Positions 1 through 12,800 of a DNA stretch of 64,000 nt are shown one piece after another. The notes under the pieces are model-generated. The model had not been told where the DNA came from. It did not search any database and saw only the letters and a program-made list of their open reading frames with translations. Each line of letters starts with the position of its first letter. The stretch's first letter is position 1. The DNA comes from Vairimorpha necatrix (lineage: Eukaryota), in the NCBI GenBank assembly GCA_036630325.1, contig CP142730.1, positions 372,001-436,000 of the forward strand, written 5' to 3'. The translations under genes were made by a program, and so were the position numbers.

Positions 1-2099
1 AAAAATAAAATCTTTTAATATATATGGAAAAAAATTTCTGTCGCAATATCATTAGTGGAAGAATGATATTTTATTTCTAAAAAAATTGTTCTAATTAAGA
101 ATTTTAATATTTAGTGCAATTCTTTATGATTTTATTATGTACATTTGTTGTTTGCAAATATTCCTTAAAATTTTAACCTTAGTTACATTTAGATTAAACA
201 TAAGTAAATAGAAAATTTGATTCTTATTCATAAGAATTCACCATAAATACCTCTGTAAGACACCCCCCCCCCTTTATTTTATGACGTTGACTCTTCAGTT
301 GAAAACTTTTTTTTCATATAAATTTACAAGAGGCTTGTTTTTTATCATTTTTATAAAAAAAATATGTTTTTTTGATTTTTGCATTTATTTTACAAAGTTT
401 TTTTGAATGTATCAAATCATTTTAATATTTTATTATATGTAATTTAAAAATCATTCGCTTTATTTGAAATTTTTTAATGTATATTGTGTTGATTTTATTG
501 TTAATAGTTTACTGCATTTTGATTATGTTTAAAATTAGATTAAATTTTAGATCATTAAGGGCCTTTTTGTTCATTTATAATTATTTTTAAAGTGATATAA
601 CTTTTTTGACGCTATATGCCTAGAGAAATAGACTTGATAAATATTTATGTTAAGACAAGCGGCGAATATCCTTGTATATTTAGAAGCCATTATAATTAGA
701 TACGATGTATATAATAGCTCTAAAATGTTTCTAAAACTTTATTTCTCATAAAAATATTCTCTCTTTTTATCATTTATTGAAAAATCCGCTTTTCAGTTCC
801 TCAATGAAATGTATAACTTAAATAATAATATGAAGAAAAGCGTCAAATAAAGGCTGTGATACGCAAAATCAGTATGTTTTAACTCTTGCCTGAAAGCTAA
901 CAACTTCAACATTTCTTTATATATTTTGTTATAATTAAGTTTCCTTACTGTTTTTATTATGTATCCATAAAATACAAGAACGCACTGTTATATATTACTA
1001 ATTTAAATCTATGCATTATATAGTATGATTTTTCTGGATTTTATTCCAAAATTAATCTAATTTCGCACATGCAAAGTAAGATTAAATTTTCTCTATTTAT
1101 AGTTTGTTTACAATTTTTATAGTTTATGTCCATACATTGTCTAAAACTTTTAAACTTATTAGGACATCTACTATTCTATTCATCATATATCTCCTTGATT
1201 TCATCGAGGATATGTTAGTTATGTAATATTTAACTTATGAGAAATATCTAAATATGGTTATAATTATCTAAGAATGTATTGATGTTTTTAGGTATACAAA
1301 AATATATACAAATTAATTGAGTTAAATCAACAATTTAAAGCATTCAAGAGAGAAACCATAATAATATGACTTGTTAGGTAGATATAAACTAAAAGTATCA
1401 ACAAAATATATAAAGGATATTATGGGCACAGGCCATATGTTAAAATAAAAATTTATACAAATATTGTCAATATTCAAATAGCGTATAATATTTCTTTTTT
1501 ATCATTTAAATTATATCTTATTGATACTTTTTGTGTCCAAATAAATCCATTCATTATGGAATATTATAGGCTAGGATCTGAGAGCCTGGGCAGATATAAA
1601 TATGACTTTTATGTATAGATTATTGGTAAATATAGAACGAGATATAATCCCAACAAACAGCTTATAATTAACATATAGAGGCTACTAATTGTATCAGCTT
1701 ATTGTTTATTCGACGTAATATGTATTTTAATATACGATTTCGTATCATCTAATTGTACTTTCTCCAAGTCCCGTGTTCATTCTTAAACTGTCCATTAATA
1801 TGTGTAAACAAATACTTTCCAGAATAGCGTTTTATCTCGCCCGTATTTAATCATTATTATGCGTGATAGAAAACAAAAAAATTATCTTGGCTTTAAAATA
1901 CATATGATTCTAAGTTAATAAATGGTGACATAAAGTTAATTTATAGATTTAAAATCTAATTTTAATAGAAAAAATAGATAGGGGCTGCAAGTATAATCAA
2001 TAGACTATTTTTTTATAATTTTTAGATTTATATTACATTTACATAGAAATATAATGGTAGAAATAAAATACAAATCAATATTTATGAACAATACCCAAA

Positions 2100-3867
2100 T
2101 AAATTTTCCCGAATAATCATTTAATGATGTAAATGAGTTCATTCTAATTTTACTATTAATTTTTTTTCAAATCCTCGTGTCTTTATCATAAACTAACATT
2201 TCACTATGCAATAATTTTCTATATATTTTCACAATCTTTTGTTTCGCTATGTTCTTCGAATTTTTTATTGGTTTTTTCCAAAAGATTTTTTAACATGAGA
2301 TTATTTTTTTCTATTCATCATTACTAATATTTTCGTTCTTATATATCGTATATTCTTTTCCATTTATTTCGCAGGTTATTTCGTTCAATCCTGTAAAGCA
2401 TGACAATATTTCAAAAACATAGAGTCAAATATTCGTAATATTTTTCATAATATCGTCTTTTCTCATCCACAACTCCTTATATATTTCCATTAAATTGATA
2501 TAATCTTTTTTTCTTGGTAAAATATTATAACAAAAAAAACTTTGGTAAAGTTAAATTTCTTTGTTTGATAGAGTAGGAAATTTGTATCAAATTTCGAAAT
2601 ATTGGTTCATTGGCAGCATCACATATATTGATAAAACGTTCAGCCTCTATAAATAAGCAAACTTTTAGTATATACGCAATGCTATAATCATTATAATATA
2701 AACTCTTGAAATTCTTTTAGCCAACATTTCCCTTTCTGTTACATTATTTTTCAATTTTGGTCTAATAATATCTTTTTCGCTTGTTATTATTTCCTTTATA
2801 ATTTTACAAAGGAAAATAAAAAATATATTTATGCCAGATTCAGTATTATTTAATATCCTAATTATTAAGTATTCAACGTATATTGTATTTTTTATTAATT
2901 GATATAAGGCTTCTATAACTGCAAGATTTCTATTATCTATTTCGAAACAAAAATCATATATATCATTTATTTCATGTATAATTTGATTGTTGTCGACTAC
3001 ACTGGGCGGGTTTTGATTTTATATAAACCTTCATATAAAACTTCACTTTGTATTATTTTATCTTTGTAGATATTTAGATAAGTGCCTTGTCTGAAGGAAT
3101 TAAATTTAATTCTATCAGTAGTAAACACTGGCCATTTTGTGTCGTTTTTATCCCTAAAAGTTTCAAGATCTATATATTTATATAATTCTACAGCTTTTTT
3201 TAATATTTGTCTATCGTATTTTTTTTTAAAATACATTTTTGATATTTTTTCTTAAATTTGGTCAATATTCAGATCTTTAGTATTTATTTCAACAAAATGG
3301 CATTTTGTTCCTATTTTTATACACAAGTTAATATATATTTTATCAAATTTTGTTATGTATGATAGTTTTAAAGGATAATTGCACGGGGGTTTGAAATTAT
3401 ATTTATTAATTTTGTTGTAAGAAACTAAAAACTCTAAAGAACAGTTTTCGTGAACAAACAACTCGTAAAAAATATCATTTTTCATATTGTTCTTATCTTA
3501 AATACATTGTATCACTTAATTTAATATTGGATTATACAACCAATTTCCTTGTTCATATATTAAAATAATAGACTTAAGGTGTCTTACATTTAAAATTCTA
3601 TCCTCTATCTTTCTCACAATATTTGAGATGATCTTATCATTTTTAATTGAAAATATAAATGATTTTCGCTGTAATAAATTGGATATTTTTTCTTCTATTT
3701 CAATTTTCATTAGAAAATAATTGAACTGTACAAAATTGTTTTGTAAGATCAAATGTGGAAAACTTATAAACTTTAAAATTTTTAGTTATCCGCGAAAAGA
3801 ATTTTTTATACACTTTTCGGGCATTATGTATAAACAAAAATTCAAATAATATTTTAGAATAATTCAT
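2100..3867 (-). pseudogene. Decayed large gene of unknown family (possibly secreted)
   Basis: The ORF fragments 3516-3752, 3252-3485 and 2997-3236 are in the same frame, separated only by stops. The ATG at 3867 (MNYSKILFEFLFIH) follows a TTTTACCCC start motif and joins that frame by a frameshift. The 3' end is approximate. Confidence 0.45.
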
Positions 3868-4216
3868 ATGGGGTAAAAAACGGTCAGAATACAAGGAGAT
3901 GATTCAAAATCACAAAATATCAACATCAAGACAATTAACGTTGACAAATTTCTGTTAAAATCAATGATTTAAGAAAAAAATTATATGAGTCATGTGTGAT
4001 GAAATAATTTGTCAAATTAATACATTGCGTGATCGTTGTAGGTTTCTAATTCTATAAGCGACCAAGTAAAAAAAATATGCTAATTTTTTATGAATATTCT
4101 CCTTAAAATTTTATGAACAAAAAAAACTCTAAAAATTAAAAGTCAATAATTCTAAAAGGACAAAAATAACATGTATAATTAGAATAAAATTGTCTAAAAT
4201 ATAATAAAAAAGTTAT

Positions 4217-4344
4217 TGTCGTAGTTACTTACGCTTAAACCGAGCATTTATAATGCTTGGATATTTCTTTATATTTTTATAATACTTTACCCCATCTTAT
4301 GGAAGAAGAAAAGAAACAAACGAAAATAAATAATTTTACTGACA
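4217..4344 (+). repeat. 5' LTR of gypsy element 1
   Basis: Direct repeat of 7925-8052, starts TGT and ends ACA. Confidence 0.97.
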
Positions 4345-5048
4345 TGGCGACAATGACCAATGGTATAATAAATTTCCATGGCAACCCAGACGAAGATATA
4401 GTAGTATGGCTAAGAGATATACTACTTATAACTAAGTTAGCGTGTTTGGGAGAGGAAGATTCAATGCAACTGATAGTGATGAAGCTGAGAGGAATAGCTC
4501 TTTCTTGGGCTTCAGAATTATTGGAAAGCAGGCAATGGAAATTAAGAGGCGATAAATTTACAACCCTTCTAAAAAAACGATTTGTCAAGTATAATGACAC
4601 GATAATTACCTTATCAAAATTCCTTACTTCCCCTACACCCTTATCAAGAGAAGAATTTTCAGAATTGCTTAAGACTGGAACATTCATTTTAAACAAAAAT
4701 TTTATGAATGTAGGGGCATTAATGCAGGTACTCATTAGCAAGTGCCCAGATACAATTAAAGCCTCTCTTTCTGAAACAGCCGAAAAGGCATGAGACTGGC
4801 AACACTTCTGCCAAAGAGCAGAGCAACTATCATGGATAGCATATCCAGATAAATTACTAAACAGAGTTTCAACGACCTTTAATAAAACTAACTATACAAA
4901 ACCCGCTAAATATAAAAACCCTCATAAACAAAAAAGATTTTGTAAGATCCATGGGACGGGTAATCATGATACAGAATTTTGTTTTACTTTAAAAAAACTA
5001 AAGAATATGGGTTGGATAGAACCATCAAATAAAAAAAAATTAATGTAG
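4299..5048 (+). pseudogene. gag: gag (one internal stop at 4791)
   Basis: FHGNPDEDIVVWL retrotransposon gag motif; the frame continues past the TGA to a Cx2Hx4Hx4C knuckle (CKIHGTGNHDTEFC, ~4940-4982). Confidence 0.8.
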
Positions 5049-7915
5049 TGAAAGAAGACGAAGAAGAAATTGACCAAGACAGTCCAATCTATGAAAATAA
5101 ATATGATTTTATTTATTCGGTGAATACGTTAAACAATACATCAAACAAATTCTTCATATATGCACAAATTGACAATACCAGAAGATTATGTCTCATAGAT
5201 ACTGGAGCCGATGTCTCGATAATACATCGGGATATAGTTAGTCCTAATATGAAAGAATACATACATCAGAATACAATACGATCGGCTTGTGGAACAGATA
5301 TGAAATTAACGGCAAAGTTAAAAAATATCAAAATAGAAATCTTTGGATCCAAAATAAACTTCTCTCCTCTTATTACTGAAACAGAACCAAGATACATCAT
5401 AGTTGGGACAGATGTGATAACGCAGCACCCAGAAATTTTAATTAAAGTACTGACAAATAAAAAACTTGTATCAAAAAAAATTATAGAGAAGTTCCTAACT
5501 ATTAATAAGGTCGAAGAAGAAGAACATCTAAAAAGCAAGGAAGATATTTTGAAAAGATATCCAGAACTGTTTAAAGAAGAAATCAATACAGAACAGACTT
5601 GTCAAGAAGGTAGACATAATATAGATGTCGGAGAAAGTGGACCTATATACTGTAAATCATCACGAATTCCAATACACTATGAAAAAGCATTTGACGATGA
5701 AATAAACAAAAATCTTAAATTGGGCATTATCACTCATAGTAAGAGTCCATGGAACAGCAGAATAGTACCAGTAACAATACCTAATGGCACCTTGCGTATG
5801 TGTATAGACTACAGACCACTAAACAAGATCACTATAAAAGATAAATACCCTATCCCAAGGATAGATGAAATTCTTGATAAACTTAATAAGTCAAGTATAT
5901 TTACTTCATTAGACGCTACATCAGGATATTATCAATTAGAGGTCGACGAGGAGGATAGAGAAAAAACTGCATTTTCATGAAAAACAGGCCATTATGAATT
6001 CGTAAGAATGCCATTCGGGCTTTGCAATGCTCCAGAAACTTTCCAAAAAACTATGGATAGAATTTTGAAAAATATTTGGGAGAATTTGTTATTGCGTATT
6101 TAGATGATATTATTATTTATTCAGAAAACATTACGGAACATAAAAAGCATGCGGAACTCGTATTAAATAAAATTAAAGAGGCCAAAATCACTCTTAACTT
6201 AAAAAAATGTAAATTTTATAAGACTGAGCTCAAGATACTAGGAAACGTAATAACTGAAGGAAAAATAAAACCAGACCCACAAAAGATAGAGACAATAAAA
6301 AAATATCTGATTCCAACTAATTTAAGGGAACTAAGATACTTCTTGGGATTAATAAATTATTGTAGAGAATTTATAAAACAATATGCTGAAAAATCAAGAC
6401 CCCTTTTTAATTTATTAAAAGGAGAAAGTAAAAAAAGCTGCAAGAGAATAGAACACGATGATAATACGATCCTAGCATTTGAATCATTAAAGAAAAAATT
6501 GACCGAAGAGACTTCAAGAATACAGCCAGACCTTTCCAAAGAATTTATTTCAATAACCGATGCATCTAATATAGGAATGGGAGCAATATTGGCTCAAGTA
6601 GAAGCAAATGGCACAGAGAGGATGATATCAGCATACAGTAAAAGCTTTGACAAACATCAGTTGAATTATTCTGTAACAGACAAAGAACTTCTAGCCGTTG
6701 TAAAGGGAATAGATAACTATCGGCACTATCTTGTAGGAAAAGAAATTTATAATAAAGACCGACCATCATGCGATAGTTTATTTGTGGGAATGCAAGGACC
6801 CGACTACAAGATTACTTAGATGGGCTATGAAACTTCAAGAATATAAGTTTAAAGTCGAACACATAAAAGGTGAAGACAACGCAGCCGATGGATACTCGAG
6901 AGTTTGTAGCGTACATAAAGCGCGCGAAGAGAATATGAATATAACTGAAATAGAAAGACAGAATATTTTGAGAGAATATCATTTTACACTTGGACATGGA
7001 TCAGCAAATAACATGAAAGCGATAATAAAAGAAAGATACTGGTAAAAGGGAATGTTCACTGATATAGATAACTATTACAACAAATGTTTAACCTGTTTAA
7101 AAGCGGGTGGCGAAAAAGTCAAAACTAAAAATAAAGCAATTGAAACAAAAAACCCCAATGAACTGTGGGAAGTAGACCTAGTAGGAAGATTAAATGACAA
7201 CGGTAAAACCAAATTTATAGTTATCTGTATAGACCACCAACCAAATGGATTAAGACGAAAATTATCAACCAGAAAACCTCTGTAGAAATTATAAAAGTAC
7301 TTGAAGAATTTATGAATAAGTCCAATAGAATATTATCAGATTGTGGACTAGAATTTGCAAATACAAAGGTTTCAGATTGGGCCCAAAGGGTCGGTTTTAA
7401 ATGGGACTTCTCGTCCCCATTCCATCATCAGACCACTGGAGCTGTTGAACGTGTGATCCAAACATTTATGAACAAATTGAAAAAGCTTACCGATTTTGGA
7501 AAGAGACATTGGACAAAGCTAGTGGAGGCTGCAACTTTAGACGTAAATTTATCTTATAACAGAGCTATTGGGACTTCACCATTCGTATATAAAAAAGGAA
7601 GATTACCAGAATTGAATATAGATAAAACTTTGAATCAACCTAGAGTTTTAATTTCAATGAATAATCGAAAAAAGACAAGGAAGAGAATATTTGAAAAATA
7701 TAAGCAACATATCATTAATAGAAAAAAAGAATTAAAACATGTTTATAAGGAAGGAGATGATGTGGCCGTATTTCGACCCACTTAAAATAAAATGGAATCA
7801 AATTGGACTTTAATATTTAAAATATTGAAAAGACTTTCAGACGACGCATACCTAGTTTCAAATGGAAAGTCGGAACTCAGAACTTATAAAGCTCATTTAA
7901 AGGCTGTTATTAGAG
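5048..7915 (+). pseudogene. pol: pol (protease, RT, RNase H, integrase) broken by stops and frameshifts
   Basis: LIDTGAD protease; RMCIDYRPLN, LDATSGYYQ, MPFGL, YLDDII RT; TDASNIGMGAIL and YSVTDKELLA RNase H; HHCC plus VDLVG / SDCGLEF / GAVER integrase. Stops at 5978, 7043, 7783 and frameshifts near 6070, 6745 and 7240. Confidence 0.95.
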
Positions 7916-7924
7916 GTGAGGGGA

Positions 7925-8052
7925 TGTCGTAGTTACTTACGCTTAAACCGAGCATTTATAATGCTTGGATATTTCTTTATATTTTTATAATATTTTACCC
8001 CATCTTATGGAAGAAGAAAAGAAACAAACGAAAATAAATAATTTTACTAACA
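7925..8052 (+). repeat. 3' LTR of gypsy element 1
   Basis: Follows the PPT and is followed by the TSD GTTAT. Confidence 0.97.
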
Positions 8053-11000
8053 GTTATATGTATAAATTTTTATTTTTAATTTTATTTCATGTTTTATTTT
8101 ATTTTTAAACAAAAATAATGATACCACTAATTTAATTTATAAAAAGTACTCAGTTTTCACTGTCATATTATAGAAAAGCCCTTAAAAATTTATATGAAGT
8201 ATCATTGCCCACCTCTAAACAAAAATTACACATATTTTCCTACTTAAAATTTTATTAAAATCGAAAAAAATCATAATTTTTTTATGGTATAGAGGGACAA
8301 AACTTGCAAATCTATTGTGAATTATATTTTCAAGCATATCAAGCATACAAATTGTAATAAGGTACCAGGTCAATGTCATGGGAACACTTATCTTGAATAA
8401 GCAATTTGTCTTTAAAAATCGTGAAAATTGTCTCTCTGCGCATAACTTGAATGAAACTTTGAATTAGCTGTTCATAGATACGATTTTCCCTTAAGGTTCT
8501 AATGAAAATTTTTAATGCCTTCAAGGCTGCAAAAATAAAAAGCAGTATTAAAGTTTCAGAAAATTTAGGCAGTCAATGTCATTTTTAATCGTTCTTTATG
8601 AGTTTGCTTATAAAAACTTAGTACACTCTTCATATCTCATCTATGTATTTCATTACATTATAAACTTCTGGAGACCTTCTCTGTTATCTTTGATATACAG
8701 GCTAGGAATAAACATCACGGGGCAAAGACTTGATTTTCGGCTTAAACTAGAAATATTTAATGCAAATAAAATAAATTTGTTGCAAGAAGTTTATTGTTAC
8801 CAAAAGTTCTCATACTCAGTATTTGGAAAAATTCTTATAAAATATCAAAATTAAAAACTATTTTTAATTTTATTCTGTAAAACATAAAGCTTAAATTTTT
8901 GACATTATAAAAGCTTTCAAAAGCGAAAAATTTTATTCGAAGCATCATTTTTTTTTAGATTCAGAGGATACAATTTATAATAAATAAAAACCTGAATTTG
9001 ATGAATTCATAAAAACAAATATCCTTACAAATTCATTTATCTTGAATCTTTCTTTCTTTACTTATGATTTACTAAAAATTGGATTTTTTAGCAAATATTT
9101 TGTGTTTGGAAATTTAAAAAAAAATTGCTTCTCAAAATTTAACCAAAAAGTCTTGCAAAATACAACTTGCACAAAATTTATTTTAGAAATAATTAATTAA
9201 ATATTTAATAAAAAACAGAACCTTACATCAAATCTGTAATTTTTGAAGATAAATATTTCAGTCTTTTTAAAAAATTAAGTAGATCTTTTTTAATTTATTA
9301 AAATAAATTACGATTTTTTTTAAAATATTTGAAAACTATTAATAATTTTTGACAAATTAGCCCCACTTGATAATCGCTTAGCACACTTTCTGCTAAGCGA
9401 TTTCATGAATACCGAGATATAAGTTAAAAACGACTTATAATGGTTATCTCTGTCGCAATCGGCAGTTGCACAACGTATATTGAAATTTACGTTTTTACTT
9501 CGTTGAAGCAAATTTTCTGAGAAGTCAGTAAAATTGTTTTTGATTTCATCCCTTACATGTTGCAGTTCTGTATTTCCTTTTCGACTTATTTATACTTCTA
9601 ATTCCAAAATTGATTTAACAGTAGGAAGTTGATAATTTAATTCTTTATCATAAGAATTAATTTATCAACCCACGTTTAATCTTTATTTTTAATTTTTTTG
9701 ACTTTATTCTTACTAAAAATTTTTCTTTACAAAGCGGTTCTTAATTTTTGACTATTTATGTAATACGAGCCATTCCATTTGTCACATAACATAAAATTAA
9801 TTATTTATTATATGTGATACATACTTTTTTTGTATTATATTATAAATTGAGTTTATTTATATAACTCGTTATAATTTTTTATACATCATAGGTACATTTT
9901 ATTTCTTAATGAATGCTAAATTAACTGTATAAATTATTGAATTTAAATTTCGATTTTAAAATATATAAATCACATTATCAGTATTTATATTTTCAATTCA
10001 TATGTATTTTAAATGAATTTTCTTCTTTTATAATTAATGTTACTATTTACGTATCTAAAGGAAATAAATTTAGCTTATATTCAAATGTTTTGTTTTATTA
10101 AATTTATCAGAGCATCTTGAGGATTTAACCAAAAAAGGACACTATATCTGATATTGTTAATGTAAAGTCATAACCTATACATACATTTTTCTGATTTTTT
10201 TCAATCCAAGACAACTACATTGTAGAACATATTTACACCTGAACTATGTAATTTAAGAATTCTATTTAATACGCCTCATAATATTTATTTTCTGTTAAAT
10301 ATTCGTCATTTAGTAATTTTTTATAACGACTGTATAGTTTTTTAGTTGACTTTTTTCAGTTTGTAAAATTTTTATAAAAACCTAACAAAATAAGTATTTA
10401 ATAAAATGTTTTCTCATATTAAAAAATTATTTTATATAAACTTAAGAAAGTTTGTCAAATCTTAATTTTAAATTGATTGGATAATTAATCATTTTTTACC
10501 AATTGGGAATGAAAAAACTGCGGTAAATAATATTGAAGATAGTTATAAAGAAGAGTAAATATGGTAATTGGAGACGAAATTATTGAGAAAATAAAAATAG
10601 CAATATATAAAAATTAAGAACAGGTCAAGAGAGTACATTGATTAGCGAGATGAGCGAAAAGATAAAAAAATAATTTAAAATTCACAAGGAAGAAATTGAC
10701 TAGATTAAAAAACCATAGGTAGGAAATGTTACACATGTCAAATGAATTGTGTCACTGTTTTAATATGTTTGACATGTCGTTTCTTTTGATATTTTATAAT
10801 AAATAAACCCATGTTTGCATTCTAACACATAGTATAATGATATATTTTAAAGCAACAAAAGCTTAAACATTTGTAATTTTTGCGCATAATTACTACTATT
10901 ATTATGTAGACACGCTAAAAAAGACATTAAAGGGCTTGATAACTTAAAGTTTACGAAGTAAAACATTTTAAAGAGCTTATAGAATACATTGAATCACAGA

Positions 11001-11722
11001 TACAAAAGAATAATAGAGCGAAGTATAATGCTTAGAATAGAAAATTAAAATCTTGAAGGAGTATGGAATATTAAATTTTTTTTGTAATGATTGTTTATAA
11101 ATTGAGGACCGCAAATTAAAGAAATAAAAATCGTAAATATTAAGAAGGTTCAGAATTAACACGTACAAGTTTTGAGTCCTGGTCTGAATTTAATATAAAC
11201 AAAAGAAAACAAAAGCAATAGAAGATTTTAATATGGAGACATTGAATGTGCATTTTTTCAATGTATATATATATGGCTTCTTATATACATATTCTTATAA
11301 ACTGGATTAAATAAATATAAATTTATAAATACGAGGTCCGTTTTCTTGTTGTTATATGTCTTTTGAGGGGGTTTATAGCTTTGTAAAGATAGAGATTGAC
11401 ATAAAGCAACTTTACAAAACAATAAAAACGTTTCCGCACCAGAAACATATTTCTAGAGGGAAGATTCGCATGAACTAAAAGATCATAGAATATGAGATTT
11501 TGGTGTAAATTCGCTTATAAAAATCAAATTTATATGTGTATAGTGAATATTTCTCTATATTCAGCGATTTTATTTTGTCTACAAAAAAAATATTAAATAA
11601 AAATAAAATATTCATCGAATAATTTGATGATGTTCATTGATGTCTATATTTTCGTCAGTGTTTGTTTTTTGAGTCCCAATTACAAATAAAATACGTTTGT
11701 AAAAAAAATTAATGCTACCCAT

Positions 11723-12460
11723 ATGTATATTTTTCTGTGTATCATTTTTAATATTTCCTATGTAGTTAATGATGATCAGATTAAACATGGAGAAAAAAAA
11801 GTTGGCGCAACAAAAAATAATACGGATAATCATTCTAAAACCACTTTTGATGGTTTCCCTCAAAATGAATATCAGAATATTAATCTTGATCATTATAATA
11901 CAGTAGTACGTGATTTTTTTTACAGTATTCAAGAACATCCCGAAATAAAAAAAAAGATCGAAAAATTATTATCTAAGAACAATAATATTAACCGAAATTT
12001 ATTATTAGGTTCTTTTAAACATTATCTACATGAGTTTTATTTAGGAAAATCATATGACTTTACATGTTCATATGCATTGTCATTTCTGGAATCATTGGCT
12101 TTTAATAGTTTTAGGCCAATATTGAGATTAGCTAGTATTGCTAATTTTAATGAATATATAAATAACAGGGATATTATAAGTTATCAGATTCTTAAAAGTG
12201 TAGAATTGGAGATAAATGATGAATGTGAAAATGAAATTCTTCAATTATTTAATAACGAAAAGTTTAATCGAATATATTTAATGCTGAATGTTTCAAATAT
12301 TGATGAAGAATACTTAAGAGATAAAAGATATGCTCCTCTACGTAAATCGACAACAGTTAAACCGTTCGTAAAAGATGATGTTAAAATAGTTTACATTGGA
12401 CAAACGCCTCGAATTGTTTGTAGATTAGGTATTTGCATGCCTTCTATCAATTTCGAATGA
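11723..12460 (+). CDS. Secreted family A member 1 (245 aa; signal peptide, RDKR site, C-terminal C-x4-C peptide)
   Basis: Intact ORF, CCC motif before ATG, hydrophobic N-terminus, close paralogue at 22668-23408. Confidence 0.85.
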   Translation: MYIFLCIIFNISYVVNDDQIKHGEKKVGATKNNTDNHSKTTFDGFPQNEYQNINLDHYNTVVRDFFYSIQEHPEIKKKIEKLLSKNNNINRNLLLGSFKHYLHEFYLGKSYDFTCSYALSFLESLAFNSFRPILRLASIANFNEYINNRDIISYQILKSVELEINDECENEILQLFNNEKFNRIYLMLNVSNIDEEYLRDKRYAPLRKSTTVKPFVKDDVKIVYIGQTPRIVCRLGICMPSINFE

Positions 12461-12589
12461 TGTAAAATATTTTATTTGATCTTGTAATTTTTTAAACTTA
12501 TCAATCATGTATTTATGAGGGTAAATAAATGCATTTTGTTTCTTTGAAAATTTTCCCTTAATTATATTTTGGTTCTACATATGTTACTT

Positions 12590-12800
12590 CATTTCCCAAG
12601 CATGAACCTTCTGAGGTTCTCAAGCGTTCCCTTATTGGGTTCAAAGATAATGCCCCTATCAGTATCAAGTCCATGCCTATCTGTCACATTTAGGCTTTTT
12701 GTATATAAGTCTATCTTTCGCGGTTCTCATCGAAAATTTAGCATATAAGCACTAAAAAATTAGTTTTAATCCTATTCCAAGTCATCAAATTAAAAACTTT
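12590..12800 (-). mobile_element. Degenerate 3' fragment of RLE non-LTR retrotransposon
   Basis: cagtatcaagtccatgcctatctgtcacatttaggcttt resembles 26010-26048 and 47170-47205. Ends are approximate. Confidence 0.5.

Larger units (their letters stand above)
4217..8052 (+). mobile_element. Full-length, inactivated Ty3/gypsy LTR retrotransposon
   Basis: 128-bp LTRs (4217-4344, 7925-8052; TG...CA; 2 mismatches), 5-bp TSD GTTAT on both sides, PBS TGGCGACAAT at 4345, PPT AGAGGTGAGGGGA at 7912-7924, domain order gag-PR-RT-RH-IN. Confidence 0.97.

Noticed and set aside
4791-5980. TGA read as Trp (alternative genetic code), suggested by in-frame TGAs in gag/pol such as KTAFS*K
   Set aside because: TGA ends intact genes (12458, 49833), and the element also has TAA stops and frameshifts, so this is ordinary decay.
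4277-6997. Minus-strand ORFs over gag/pol
   Set aside because: Antisense shadows of the retrotransposon coding sequence.
4217-8052. Paradox of near-identical LTRs but many internal lesions
   Set aside because: Two differences in 128 bp imply tens of mutations over 3.6 kb, which is compatible with the lesions seen.
11612-11938. 108-aa hydrophobic ORF
   Set aside because: Antisense to the family A member 1 start; no paralogous conservation.
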